Shown one piece after another: positions 49,064-59,803 of a stretch of 64,000 nucleotides of DNA (the first letter of the stretch is position 1; every line of letters starts with the position of its first letter). This DNA is from an uncultured delta proteobacterium. GTDB lineage: Bacteria; Desulfobacterota; Desulfobaccia; Desulfobaccales; 0-14-0-80-60-11. The position numbers were made by a program, and so were the translations under genes. The stretch spans positions 127,032 to 191,031 of the forward strand of contig CAWCKU010000001.1 in NCBI GenBank assembly GCA_963796215.1. The letters are read 5' to 3'. Below the pieces are notes generated by a model that was not told the origin of the DNA, searched no databases, and saw only the letters and a program-made list of their open reading frames with translations.

Positions 49064-51238
49064 CTACTTAGTGGTCATTTTCGAAGTTCCGTCCCAGCCG
49101 TCTGCCGGTGGGGACTTACGGTATGCCTCGCACCTCTCCCGCAGTAATTGTACCGCCAGGTCCGGTCCGAACTCCGACTCAAAACCCTGCAGCGCTTGCA
49201 GCGCCTGGTGAAAATCCCCCGACCGGTACTGGTCCCAGGCCGCTTCATAGCTCCTGGCGGCGGCCAGCACCTTTTCGGCCACCGTCCCCGCCCTACCCAG
49301 AACTTCGAAAATCTCGCTGGGCTCCGTTTTGCCCACGACAATAATACGGTCCAGGTGGCGCCACTCGTAGTGGTCACCACCGGCCTGGCGAGTTGCCTCG
49401 TCCACCAAGATCGACGAGCCGTACATCTTATTCAGGCCTTCCAGGCGGCTGGCCAGATTCACCGGGTCCCCAAGGACCGTGTAAGCCAGTCGCGTGCGAG
49501 CCCCAATATTGCCAACGACCACGGGTCCGGTGGCCAGGCCAAACCGGGTGGGCAAGGGGGGCAGACCTCTGGCCCGCCATTCCTCATTCAAGGCTTTCAG
49601 CCGGGACTGGCATTCGAGCACGGCTTGAATCGCCTGGTCCGCCGGTTCTGCCACGGGCGTGGGCGCCCCCCAGAAGGCCACAATGGCGTCACCGACAATC
49701 TTGTCCACGGTGGCCGAGTGTTGGTGCAGGGTGTCGATCATCGCTTGGAAGTATTCGGCCATGTGATTCGTCAAGGCTTCCGGCGACATGGACTCAGAAA
49801 TCTTGGTAAAACCGGCAATATCGGTAAACAGGACCGGCAGCGTTTCCATCCGGCCGCCGATACGGGCCACTTCGCCCTTACGCACCAACTCCTTCACCAC
49901 TTCTATGGGCACATAGTGCGCAAATGATTGCAGGGCCGCCAGGGATTGCGCCTGGGCCTCCGCCAATTGCTTAAACTCACGAAGTTTTGCTTCGATCTTT
50001 TGGTCGGCGCGAAAATCCAGATCGCGAATGGCCCGGCTCTGGGCCGCCAGGGCCTCCAGGGGTTTGCTGTAAGATCGGGCCAGGAGAATGGCATAGGCCA
50101 GAGCCGCCGCCAGGGCCACTAGAGTCGCAGCCAGCAGATAGACGCGTAGTTGAGTGATCCCTTCCAGCAGATCATTATTGGGTACGAGGATGCCGACCCA
50201 CAGGTGGCGCATTTTCCCCAAGGGATATGAAGTTACTCCGGCCCACCAGGTTTCATCCCGGCTCTCGTAACTGAACCTGGCTTGGCCCGATTCTTTTATC
50301 TTCTTGCCAATCGCCTCATTGTCACGCGCCTCGTGCACTGCGGCCAGCAATTCCGGAATCTGAATTTCATCGACGGTGAGGAGAAAAGATCGGCGTATCG
50401 CCTCCGGGTTCTGAAACTTCGGATAACGAGGCAATCCCACCGCCCGCCAGTCCTGGGTATAGACCGCGGTCTGAGAATGTTTGGTAAGCTGGGTGCTATC
50501 CCGCTGGGTAAAGTCCGTGATGGCCGCCAGCAGGATATCCGCGGCAAAGACATAATCGCTGCCCCGATCCTTCCACTTGACCGAGGCGGTAATCCCCAGG
50601 TCTTTGGTGGTGAAGAAGAGATAAGGGTCAGTCCAAAAGACCTCCAAATCCGGTAGCGATTGCAGCCCGACATACCAGGCCCGATTCCTGGGTTCGTAGT
50701 CCACCTCTTGCCATTCCGGGGATTTCGGCCGGCCCGCTGGGTCGATGTCAAACCAGAGGGTCTGGGTTCCCCATCGTTCCCGGGACACCACGCGGTTCTT
50801 CAGGCGGCCGTGTTCCAGACGGATAATGAGAAAACCATCCCCCCGGGCATTGGCCACCTGGAGAGAAGACATATCAGGGAAAAGCTGCATGACCGGCGCC
50901 AAGAGCAAATCGATTTGGGTAGCGGCCTTGAGTTGGCCCTGGGTGAGCTTCCCCGGTGCGCCGGCAACGACTTCATCCAGATTAAGCTTGCCTCCGAGTC
51001 CCCAGGCAGCCGCCAACAGGACATTCTTCTGTACCGGCTGAAAGAAATTGTTCAACTCCTGGTCAGCTTGCACCATTCCTTTACTGATTAGCTGTTCGGA
51101 CAATTCAACTTCGGTCTTATGGGCCCGGATGCTCATCAGGATCAGGACGGTTAAGGAACTGATGAGGATGAGGACCATAAAGCTGCGCAGCAGACTGAAG
51201 CGAATGGAAACGGCTTTTTTGGTTGGAGACCTTCTCAT
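49064..51238 (-). CDS. Class III adenylate/guanylate cyclase with extracytoplasmic sensor and HAMP
   Basis: Intact 724 aa. Two TM segments flank a roughly 330-aa periplasmic region. The cyclase core has VLFTDIAGFTKISE and VDKIVGDAIVAFWGAP. A TPR-like helical tail follows. Confidence 0.85.
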   Translation of the reverse strand: MRRSPTKKAVSIRFSLLRSFMVLILISSLTVLILMSIRAHKTEVELSEQLISKGMVQADQELNNFFQPVQKNVLLAAAWGLGGKLNLDEVVAGAPGKLTQGQLKAATQIDLLLAPVMQLFPDMSSLQVANARGDGFLIIRLEHGRLKNRVVSRERWGTQTLWFDIDPAGRPKSPEWQEVDYEPRNRAWYVGLQSLPDLEVFWTDPYLFFTTKDLGITASVKWKDRGSDYVFAADILLAAITDFTQRDSTQLTKHSQTAVYTQDWRAVGLPRYPKFQNPEAIRRSFLLTVDEIQIPELLAAVHEARDNEAIGKKIKESGQARFSYESRDETWWAGVTSYPLGKMRHLWVGILVPNNDLLEGITQLRVYLLAATLVALAAALAYAILLARSYSKPLEALAAQSRAIRDLDFRADQKIEAKLREFKQLAEAQAQSLAALQSFAHYVPIEVVKELVRKGEVARIGGRMETLPVLFTDIAGFTKISESMSPEALTNHMAEYFQAMIDTLHQHSATVDKIVGDAIVAFWGAPTPVAEPADQAIQAVLECQSRLKALNEEWRARGLPPLPTRFGLATGPVVVGNIGARTRLAYTVLGDPVNLASRLEGLNKMYGSSILVDEATRQAGGDHYEWRHLDRIIVVGKTEPSEIFEVLGRAGTVAEKVLAAARSYEAAWDQYRSGDFHQALQALQGFESEFGPDLAVQLLRERCEAYRKSPPADGWDGTSKMTTK

Positions 51239-51396
51239 TTCTGCAGCTAGTTCCGTCCGAGTGCAAGATGGAGAGGAACCTGGCCGCCTTTCAATGGCGC
51301 CAGCCTGAGAGCAAGATATAAGTTTGGGGAAAGAAAGGCAATCAATTCCCTAAGGCCTGTCCTTATTCAGACTCTCCCTTAATTTTACGAAAAACT

Positions 51397-54300
51397 TCAA
51401 ATCTCCCCCACCTTCTGGCAGGCGGTGAAATAAAGCGCCAGCCGAATATCCTCCGGCCGCAGCCCTTTGGCCTTGGCCGCCATCTCCCGGTAGGCCAGGA
51501 GCTGGGGCCGGTACTTCTCGGTTTCCCGATTGATGAAATCCTCCCAATCCTCCGGCTTCCCGGGCCGGGAGGTCTTGTAATCCAAAATCCACCAGCTTTC
51601 GCCGTCGAATACCACCCGGTCTATCTTTCCCCGGCGCCAGGTGTCCGGCGCGGCCAGGTCTTCCAGGAGCCACTCGCTCACCGCGCCGGGCCGATCAGGG
51701 TCAAGGAGGCGCATCAACCAGGGGTCGCGGCGGCAGGCCTCCAGTTCCTCCAGAAGGTCCGGGGCTAACTTCTGCGCGGTCTCCGGGTCCAGGCCCGCGG
51801 CGCGCAGGGCCGCGGCCAGGCCGGCCACCCCCGGGAGCTCGCCCCCTCGGGCCAGGGTCTCCAGGCCTCGATGGATGATCTCCCCCCGGAGCCGGGGGAG
51901 ATCCCCGTCCGCGGCGGCCGACGCGGCTGCGGCCATTATTTCGGCCTCCGCCAGTTGGGAGGGAGAGATTTTCCGATAGGGCGCGGCCTCCGGGGCAAAG
52001 CTCAGCGGCGCCGGCAGGTCCGGGATTATCCTGGCCCAAGGGGTGGGGGGCGGCAGTTCCGCCAGCAGTTCCACCCGGAGTTCCGGCCCCGGCCAGGTTA
52101 CTGTGGTCCCGGGCGGGGGCAGTTCGGCCCGGTAATGCTCCCGGAGCCAGGCCAGGGGGCTTTCCTGGGGAATGGTCCATTCCCCCCGGCTGTTTCGTTT
52201 CACCGCGGCGCTGAGGGTCAGTTGCTGCCGGGCCCGGGTCACCGCCACGTAGAAGACCCGCCGGGCCTCCTCCAGGAGGCGGCGGTCTTGCAAATCTTTT
52301 AATAACAGGTAAAGGGAACTCTGCTTTTCCTGCACGTAGGGCCGGGCCAGGGCCAGGCCCTGGACCCGGGTCTCGGGGATCTCCTCCAGTAAGAAGGGAG
52401 GGATTTTGTCCTCGCCCGTCAAAGGCTGCCAATCCAGGCAGGGCAGAAAGACTCTAGTGAACTCGAGGCCCTTGGCGCCATGCACCGTCAGTATTTCCAC
52501 CGGCGAATCCTGGGCCCTGGGGTCCGGGGGCTGAAAGGCCTCCGGCAAGTTGAAGTCGGCCTGGGAAAAAGTGGCCTCCGGCAGGCCGGACTCCGCCTGG
52601 GCCAGGAGTTCCAGGTAAGCCCGGGCGCAGGCCACCCCCAGAGGGCCTTCCCAGGCGGCTATTCCCGTCCAGGCCTCCGTCTCAGCTAACCATTGTCCGA
52701 CTATTTCCCTTAGGGGCCGGCGCCCCACCCGGGCCCGGGCCGCCAACAGGCTTTTAGTCAGGCTCGCTAAATCCCCCGGGCACCCCTCACTTTCGGCAAA
52801 ATGCCGCAGCTTCTCCGGCCAAAGCTCTCCCGGCGCCGCGGCCACCTGGGTAAGGACGCCTAAAGGCTGGGGAGCCCAGGGCCCCCGGAGCAGGGCGGCC
52901 CAGGCCAACTCGTCCTGGGGCCGGGTGAGGGCCCGGGCCAGATTGTGGAGATGCAGCACCACCCGGCTGTCGGCCAGCTTCAAACCTTCCCGGACCTTAG
53001 GCGTCAGGCCGGCCGCCGCCAGGGCCTGGAGGTAGACCCGTAAATGCGTGCGTGTGAACAGCAGGATGCCGATGGTCTCGTCTTTTTTGAGATCAGGCAA
53101 GGCCTCGGCCACCTGCCGGGCCAGCCAGCGGGCCTCGGCCTCCCGGGGAGAGAGCTGTTCATTGCCGGGAAACAGCGTCAGCTTGGGAACGGGTCCAGCC
53201 GTGGCCCCGGGGCGGGGGGCCGCGGCATGGAAGCTCAAACTCGGGACCCGATCCAGGACGTCGGCAAAGACGGCGTTGGCCCAGTCGATCAAGGTCCGGG
53301 TGGCCCGGAAGTTGGTGGTGAGCAGCAGGGAATCCAGGAGAAAGCGCGCCTCCGGGCAGGGGAGGCCCTGGGAAGATGCCGCAAAAAGCCGCGGTTTGGC
53401 CTGGCGCCAGCCGTAAATGGACTGCTTGGGATCCCCCACCACCATCAGGCTGCGCCCCTCTCCGGCCTGCCAGCCAGCCATGAGGCGGCACAGCAACTCC
53501 ATCTGGTTCTGGCTGGTATCCTGGAATTCGTCCACCAACAGGTGCTGCAGCTTGAGGTCCAAACGCAGCAGGATCTCGCCGGGATCTTCCTGGGAGAGCA
53601 ACCGCAGGGTAGCCTGCTCCAGGGCGATGAAGTCCAGGGCCTGACGCTGGGCGCAGAGTCTTTCGTAAGTGCCCAGCGACTCTCCCAGGAGAATCACCAA
53701 ATCCTGCAGGGCCTGGGCTTCCTCCGGCTGGACGCCGAAAGACTGCAACTGCCGGCATCGTTTCAGCGGCTGCACCAGAGAGTCGGGCAGTTCCTGGATC
53801 ATAAAGGCCCAGGGGCCTTTATTGAAGCCGGCCGGGAATCCCACCTTCTCGCTCAGTTGCTTGCGGCGCTCCCCGCCCTTGGTCAGCAGCACCTGGGAGA
53901 TGGCCTGCCAGTGCGGCACGTCCAGGGGGGCGCTCCCGGGGATTTCCGGGGGCAGGGGCGCGTCCAGAAAAACTCCGCCCAATTCCCCCCAAAGGCGGGG
54001 CCACTCCCGGCCCAGTTCGGTCGCCCCGAGGCCGTCCACCAGGCTTTGCAGGACCGGGGCCAGCAACAGCCGGAAACGCTCCTCCAATAACCGGTGGTAG
54101 GCCGCCGGTTCCCGGCTATGGCGGGCCAGGTCCAGAAAATCTCCCAGGCTGTCCCGGCGGGAGAGCAGGGTGCGCAGTTCTCCGGCCAGCCGGCCCCAGT
54201 CGTTGTTGAGGCGCACCAGACGCCGCACCAGGGCCCGGCGCACCGGGTCCTGGGCGGGCCGGGCCGCAAGGCGCCGGCGCAGATCTTCCAGGGCCTCCTC

Positions 54301-54786
54301 CTTCAGGCGGCGGGCCTCGTCCTCCTCCAAGAGGCGAAATTCCAGGGGCGCCTCCGCCTCCTGGGGCGCCAGCCTCAGGAGTTGGGCGCAAAAGCTGTGA
54401 AAGGTCATGACCGGCAGGCGTTCCGCCGCCAGCAAATCCTGGAGGGCGCCCGACTGGCGGCCGAAGTGCCGCAGGACTTCCTGGGCCAGTTCCGCCAGGC
54501 GCTGTTCCCAGGGGTGTTCAAAGGAAGGCTCGGCCCGGGGCCAGAGGAGTTCCATGATCCGGGTGCGCAGCTCACCCGCGGCCTTGCGGGTAAAGGTCAG
54601 GGCCAGGAGTTCTTCCGGCGCCGTAACATTGGCCAGCAGGGTAAGAAAGCGGGCCAGGAGCACCGAAGTCTTGCCGGAGCCCGCCGGGGCTTCCAGGTGA
54701 AAGCTCCCCCGGGGGCTTAAGGCCCGGTCCCGGGCGTCTTGATCGGCGGGCAGGGCGGCTGCCTCGAATTTCCGGTCACTGGTCAT
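51397..54786 (-). CDS. addA: UvrD/PcrA-type helicase with C-terminal PD-(D/E)XK nuclease (AddA-like)
   Basis: Intact 1129 aa. Motifs: Walker A APAGSGKTSVL, LLVDEFQDTS, C-terminal nuclease motif IDRVVFDGESWWILDYKT. Confidence 0.8.
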   Translation of the reverse strand: MTSDRKFEAAALPADQDARDRALSPRGSFHLEAPAGSGKTSVLLARFLTLLANVTAPEELLALTFTRKAAGELRTRIMELLWPRAEPSFEHPWEQRLAELAQEVLRHFGRQSGALQDLLAAERLPVMTFHSFCAQLLRLAPQEAEAPLEFRLLEEDEARRLKEEALEDLRRRLAARPAQDPVRRALVRRLVRLNNDWGRLAGELRTLLSRRDSLGDFLDLARHSREPAAYHRLLEERFRLLLAPVLQSLVDGLGATELGREWPRLWGELGGVFLDAPLPPEIPGSAPLDVPHWQAISQVLLTKGGERRKQLSEKVGFPAGFNKGPWAFMIQELPDSLVQPLKRCRQLQSFGVQPEEAQALQDLVILLGESLGTYERLCAQRQALDFIALEQATLRLLSQEDPGEILLRLDLKLQHLLVDEFQDTSQNQMELLCRLMAGWQAGEGRSLMVVGDPKQSIYGWRQAKPRLFAASSQGLPCPEARFLLDSLLLTTNFRATRTLIDWANAVFADVLDRVPSLSFHAAAPRPGATAGPVPKLTLFPGNEQLSPREAEARWLARQVAEALPDLKKDETIGILLFTRTHLRVYLQALAAAGLTPKVREGLKLADSRVVLHLHNLARALTRPQDELAWAALLRGPWAPQPLGVLTQVAAAPGELWPEKLRHFAESEGCPGDLASLTKSLLAARARVGRRPLREIVGQWLAETEAWTGIAAWEGPLGVACARAYLELLAQAESGLPEATFSQADFNLPEAFQPPDPRAQDSPVEILTVHGAKGLEFTRVFLPCLDWQPLTGEDKIPPFLLEEIPETRVQGLALARPYVQEKQSSLYLLLKDLQDRRLLEEARRVFYVAVTRARQQLTLSAAVKRNSRGEWTIPQESPLAWLREHYRAELPPPGTTVTWPGPELRVELLAELPPPTPWARIIPDLPAPLSFAPEAAPYRKISPSQLAEAEIMAAAASAAADGDLPRLRGEIIHRGLETLARGGELPGVAGLAAALRAAGLDPETAQKLAPDLLEELEACRRDPWLMRLLDPDRPGAVSEWLLEDLAAPDTWRRGKIDRVVFDGESWWILDYKTSRPGKPEDWEDFINRETEKYRPQLLAYREMAAKAKGLRPEDIRLALYFTACQKVGEI

Positions 54787-54819
54787 GGATAATAATAACC
54801 GCCATTCTGAAAGTGCTTT

Positions 54820-54847
54820 GTAGGGGCGGCTCTCGAGCCGCCCCTAG
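54820..54847. repeat. REP-like palindrome family 1
   Basis: GTAGGGGCGGCTCTCGAGCCGCCCCTAG. Confidence 0.85.
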
Positions 54848-54947
54848 AACCGGAAAGCTGGGTGACCACGCTCACCATTTTCATAGGGCGTGCCGTGCGC
54901 GCTACATTTCGGCGGCCACGGGTTACGCGATCTGACCCCGCGTTGGC

Positions 54948-54971
54948 GGGCGGTTCGAGAACCGCCCCTAC
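54948..54971. repeat. REP-like palindrome family 1 variant
   Basis: GGGCGGTTC-ga-GAACCGCCC followed by CTAC. Confidence 0.7.
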
Positions 54972-54984
54972 ACAAACTGAAACC

Positions 54985-57713
54985 CTAATCCCCCTCTCCT
55001 TCTTCCACTTCCGCAGTCGCCGCGCCAGTAAACCCGCAAAGCAAGGAGTACGGGCAATACTTACAGGCTCCCAAATTTTTCCCCTCCGGCGCCGGGGTGG
55101 GGTCCGGCCGAAAATCACCGGCTGCCAGACGCCGCCCCAGGTCTTGCAGTTTGGCCACCAGGGCCGCGGCCACCTGGGGCCATTCCCCGGCGCGGGCGGC
55201 AAAATCCTCATGCTTCAGATGCTTTTCCCGGCGATTGATTTGAGGCCGATAAACCCGGCCCGGAGACCTTGCCGCTCCTGTGGCGCGTCAGTGAGGCCGC
55301 GCTCCACCGCCAGTAGATAGCAGGGGAGCTGGAATTCCTGCAGCTCGTCAAATACCTGTTTGGCGCCGGGAACCTCGCCGCTCTTATAGTCCCAGACCAT
55401 GGCCTGCCGGTCTTCCGGGTGATAGTCCAGGCGGTCGAGGCGGCCTTTCAAGGCAAAGGGCCAACCCGCCTCCTTGAGCCCGGCAAATTCCGCTTCCATG
55501 AGCTGCCAGCGCCAGCCCTGTCCATAACGCTCCCGCTCCAGGCGCAGCCAATCCAGGAGCAGACTCCGCCCGGTTTCCGTCTCCCCCAGCCAGCGCTCCA
55601 GTTCCGCCTGCCAGTGCAGATCTTCCAGGAGATCTCCCAGGACCTGGCGGGCGGCGGCTGCAAGCCTGGCCTGGGCCTGCTCGTGGTCCCAGCCGTGCTC
55701 CTCCAGAAATCCTTTAAAGTCGGAGGTGAACCGGGCCAGAACCTTATGGAGACGGTCGCCCCGTTCCCGGGGGTCCAAACCGGCCTCGATCTCCGGCAGT
55801 TCCTTGAGCTTCAGGAGGATCTCGAGCAGAAACCGGCAAGGGCAGCCCAGGGCGGTGGCGGCCTTGCTCAGGGAGAGCTGGGGGTCAAGATTTATGGGCC
55901 GCGGACTGTCGGGGTAACCTGAAAAGCTGGTCCCGCCGCCGGCAAAGGCCGCCCGGATGGCCGGACTCCGCAACCAGGCCGGGTGGGGCCGGCTCAGCAC
56001 CGCCAGCTCCTGCGGCTCCCAAGGACCCAGGTACATGGGGCTGCCCACCCGCTCTTCGTCTTCGGTTACCTTGGGCCGGGTGAGGACCAGGTCCGGGGCG
56101 GCGCCCAACAGGGTATCGTAAAGTTCCCGGGAAAATTGGTGCTGGCTCTGGTAAGTGCCCCCCAGGACGGCGCGCCTTTCGGCGGCGGTGAGCAGGGGCA
56201 GGGAGCGGGGCGGCGGGGGGAAGGACCCGGAGTTCATTCCCAGGCAAAAGACCCGGGAAAATTCCAGGCCTCGCATCTCCAAGGGTCCCAAGATTTGGAG
56301 GCCGGCTTCCTGGACCCCGGGTCCGGGCAATCGCACCTTTCCGGCCCCATGCTCCAGCCAGGCCAGGAATTCCCCGGCCTCCAGGGGTTCAGACGACAGG
56401 CCGGCGCCCAGGTCTTGTAACAGGGCCTGGAGGCGGCCCCACTGAGTCATTTCCGCCTCAGAAGCCGGCGCAAATTCCAGCTCTTGCCAGGCCCGCGCCA
56501 ACCGCTGGCGCCATTGCTCCCCGGTGCCGGGAGTCTTTAGCGAGGCCCAGAGTCGCTCCAGCCGCGACAACAGCTGTAGCCCCCGGTCCCCCCTGGAGAA
56601 CCGGGCTACCGCCTGCTGAAAGAAATGCCAGCCCTGGTCAAGGCGGCGCTCCCGGAAGATCCGGTCCCACAGAGCCGTCTGGTCCCGGTCCCGGCTGAGG
56701 CCGCGATAAAAGGGCGACAGCAGGAGCGACATCAGGTCGCACCTATGCTCCCCGGCGGCGACGAACTTCAGGGGCAGGGTGGCGGCCAGGAAGAGCGGGG
56801 TTTCCTTAAGGCGCGGCCCCTGGGAAAAGTTGTAGGCCCAGCCGCCGGCGGCCTGCGGCGGCCCCAGTAATTCTGCCAAAACCGCCTGCAAACGCGGGCC
56901 ATATTGTTCCATATCCATGGCGGTCACCGCCAGCCGGTGCAAAGGGATGCCGGCAGCCGCCGACTCCAGCAGCCGGGCGGCGACCCAGGCCCCTTCCTGG
57001 CTCCGATCGGGCAGGACCACCGCGGCCTTCACCGACTGGGGATCGCCCCGCACCTGGAGGTGCAGCAGTCCGGTACGCCGGGCCACGGCCATAAGGAAGG
57101 CGTTCTCCGCCGGGGCGGCGCTCTCCAGGCCCACCACCATGATCTTCCCGGGCACGGAGAGCTTCCCATCAGCCAAGCGGGACGAGAGATAGGCCGGCAG
57201 CTCTCCCGGGGCCAGCCAGCCGCCTGCCGCCAGCAGTCGCCTGAAAGTCCGGGTAACCTGGCGCCGCCAGGCGATCAGGGGCCCATCGTCCGTGGGGCGG
57301 GCGTCCCCGGTGGGGCGGGCGTCCCCGCCCGCCAGCAAGTGGCGGCAGAGGATATTGTGGGTCTCGTCCAGGCCCTGGGCCCAGGGGAGATCAGCCTTGG
57401 TGCCGGACAACACCGGCGTGGCCTTGATGGCCTGGAGCCACAGGGACAGGCGCCGCAAGTCGGGAGCTAAGACAAGCTCGGACCAGAGGGATTGGTGCAG
57501 GTCGTGCAACCAGCCCTGCAAGGTGACCAGGGGCAGGGGTTCCCAGGCGGGCCGGCCGGCCTGGAGTTGACCCTGGCGCTGCCGCTGCCAGAGCTGCTGC
57601 GCCAGCCGCTGGTGCGGCACCACCACCAGGGTGCCGGGGCCGGCCTCCTTCAGGAGAAAATCTTGGAGGGCCGCGGCAGTGGAGAACAACTTAAGTGGCA
57701 AACCGCCAGGCAT
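54985..57713 (-). CDS. addB: PD-(D/E)XK nuclease with C-terminal Fe-S cysteines (AddB-like), one frame disruption
   Basis: The 55215-57713 piece carries GRLDRLDYHPEDRQAMVWDYKSG. The 54985-55173 piece supplies ..GACKYCPYSLLCG. Frame change at the T4/C3 runs near 55223-55229. Confidence 0.75.
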
Positions 57714-57786
57714 GGTCAGATCTCTTGGAGATTAATGGCCGATTCTCGTGGAGATACATCAGCTACGCCTTTTTGAGGAAGCTATT

Positions 57787-59685
57787 TTAAGCCTTTTCCT
57801 GCGGCGCGGTGGAATTCAAAATCTCCCGCAGCTCCTCCCCCTCCAGGACCTCTTTTTCCAGGAGAATCTTGGCCGCCTTTTCCAGGATGGGCCGCTGCGC
57901 CTCCAGCACCTCCTTGGCCCGCTGGTGGGCCCGGTTCATCAGCTCCGCCACCTCCTGGTCGATCTCCTGGGCCGTGGCCTCGCTGTAATCTTTAGTGCCC
58001 TGCGGCATGAGGCCTTCCAGAAACATGGCTCGGCGTTCCCGTTCGAAGGTCATGGGACCCAGCTTCTCGCTCATGCCGTACTCCCGGATCATGGAGCGGG
58101 CGATATCCGTGGCCCGATAGAGATCGTTCTGGGCCCCGGTGGAAATCTCCTGGAAGACCAGCTCTTCGGCCGCCCGGCCGCCCATCATCACGGCCATGCG
58201 GTCTTCCAGCTCGCTTTTGGTCATCAAGTAGCGGTCCTCGGTGGGCAGTTGCATGGTGTAGCCCAGGGCGCCGATGCCCCGGGGGATGATGGAGACCCGG
58301 TGCACCTTGTCGGTGGTGGGCAGGGCCTCGGCCACCAGGGCGTGGCCGGTTTCATGATAGGCGACGATTTCCTTCTCCCGGGGGTTCATGACCCGGTTGC
58401 GTTTCTCCAGCCCGGCCACCACCCGGTCGATGGCCTCCTCGAAATCGTCCATCTCCACGGCGCTCTTATTCTTCCGGGCCGCCAGCAGGGCCGCTTCGTT
58501 GACGATGTTGGCCAGGTCCGACCCCACCATGCCGGGGGTGCGGGCCGCCAGGGTTTTCAGGTTGACCTCAGGTGAGAGCTTGATCTGCAAGGAATGAATC
58601 CGTAAAATCTCTTCCCGTCCATGGAGGGACGGACGGTCCACCAGGATATGCCGGTCGAAACGCCCCGGGCGGATCAGGGCCGGGTCCAGGATCTCCGGGC
58701 GGTTGGTGGCCGCCATGATGATCACGCCCTTGCGGGTGTCGAAACCGTCCATCTCCGAAAGGAGCTGGTTCAGGGTGTTTTCCCGTTCTTCGGGGCCGGC
58801 CATGGGACTCATGCCCCGGGCCTTGCCGATGGCGTCCAGTTCGTCGATGAAGATGATGCAGGGGGCCTTCTCCTGGGCGGTGGCGAACAGGTCCCGCACC
58901 CGGGCGGCCCCCACCCCGACGAACATCTCCACGAAGTCGGAGCCGGTGAGGCTCATGAAAGGCACCCCCGCCTCCCCGGCCACGGCCCGGGCCAGCAGGG
59001 TCTTGCCGGTCCCCGGCGGGCCCACCAGCAGCACCCCTTTGGGGATCTTGCCCCCCAGCGTCTGGAATTTGGCGGGATTTCTCAAAAATTCAATGATCTC
59101 CTTGAGTTCCTCGATGGCTTCATCCACCCCGGCCACGTCCTGAAAGGTAACCTTGGTTTCGTCCTGGACGTAAACCTTGGCCTTGCTTTTGCCCACGGTC
59201 ATCAGGCCGCCGGCGCCGCCGCCGATCTTCCGGAAGAAGTAAATCCAGATGCCCACCAGCAGCACCATCGGCAGGACCCAGGAAATCAGCGAGTTAAGCA
59301 GGGTCTTTTCCGGGATGGCCTTATACTTGATGCCATGCGTGGCCAGTAATTGCACCAGGTCCTTGTCTTCCATCTTGACCGCGGTAAAGGTGGGTTCCTT
59401 TTTCTCAAACATCTGGGCCAACTTCTTGGGCAGATCCGGTTCTTTGCGCTCCTTGGCCAGTTCCTCGACGCCTTTGGGCAACAGCGTGCCGGTGATGGTC
59501 TCGGGACCGATGGTCAGGTCGTTGACCCCTTTGGTTTCGATCAGATGGCGAAGTTCACTGTAGCCGATCTCCGGGATCTGTTTGGCGGCGCTATAAAATT
59601 GAAAAACCAGTAAGCCCAGGAGGATGGCCAGCACGTACCAGATGGAATAACGGGCCGGGGAGCTGGCTTTGGGTTCATCGGCCAT
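57787..59685 (-). CDS. ftsH: ATP-dependent zinc metalloprotease FtsH (copy 2)
   Basis: Intact 632 aa with GPPGTGKT, DELDAIGK and HETGH motifs. Confidence 0.9.
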   Translation of the reverse strand: MADEPKASSPARYSIWYVLAILLGLLVFQFYSAAKQIPEIGYSELRHLIETKGVNDLTIGPETITGTLLPKGVEELAKERKEPDLPKKLAQMFEKKEPTFTAVKMEDKDLVQLLATHGIKYKAIPEKTLLNSLISWVLPMVLLVGIWIYFFRKIGGGAGGLMTVGKSKAKVYVQDETKVTFQDVAGVDEAIEELKEIIEFLRNPAKFQTLGGKIPKGVLLVGPPGTGKTLLARAVAGEAGVPFMSLTGSDFVEMFVGVGAARVRDLFATAQEKAPCIIFIDELDAIGKARGMSPMAGPEERENTLNQLLSEMDGFDTRKGVIIMAATNRPEILDPALIRPGRFDRHILVDRPSLHGREEILRIHSLQIKLSPEVNLKTLAARTPGMVGSDLANIVNEAALLAARKNKSAVEMDDFEEAIDRVVAGLEKRNRVMNPREKEIVAYHETGHALVAEALPTTDKVHRVSIIPRGIGALGYTMQLPTEDRYLMTKSELEDRMAVMMGGRAAEELVFQEISTGAQNDLYRATDIARSMIREYGMSEKLGPMTFERERRAMFLEGLMPQGTKDYSEATAQEIDQEVAELMNRAHQRAKEVLEAQRPILEKAAKILLEKEVLEGEELREILNSTAPQEKA

Positions 59686-59803
59686 GATTGCCTCGAAAAG
59701 ACGGATTTGCCAAAAGTCTTAACATGAATAATAATATAATGATTAAGCGGGTATTGGCAACCATTCAACCTTTGGGGATCGGCGCCGACGCCGGGGAGGA
59801 ACA

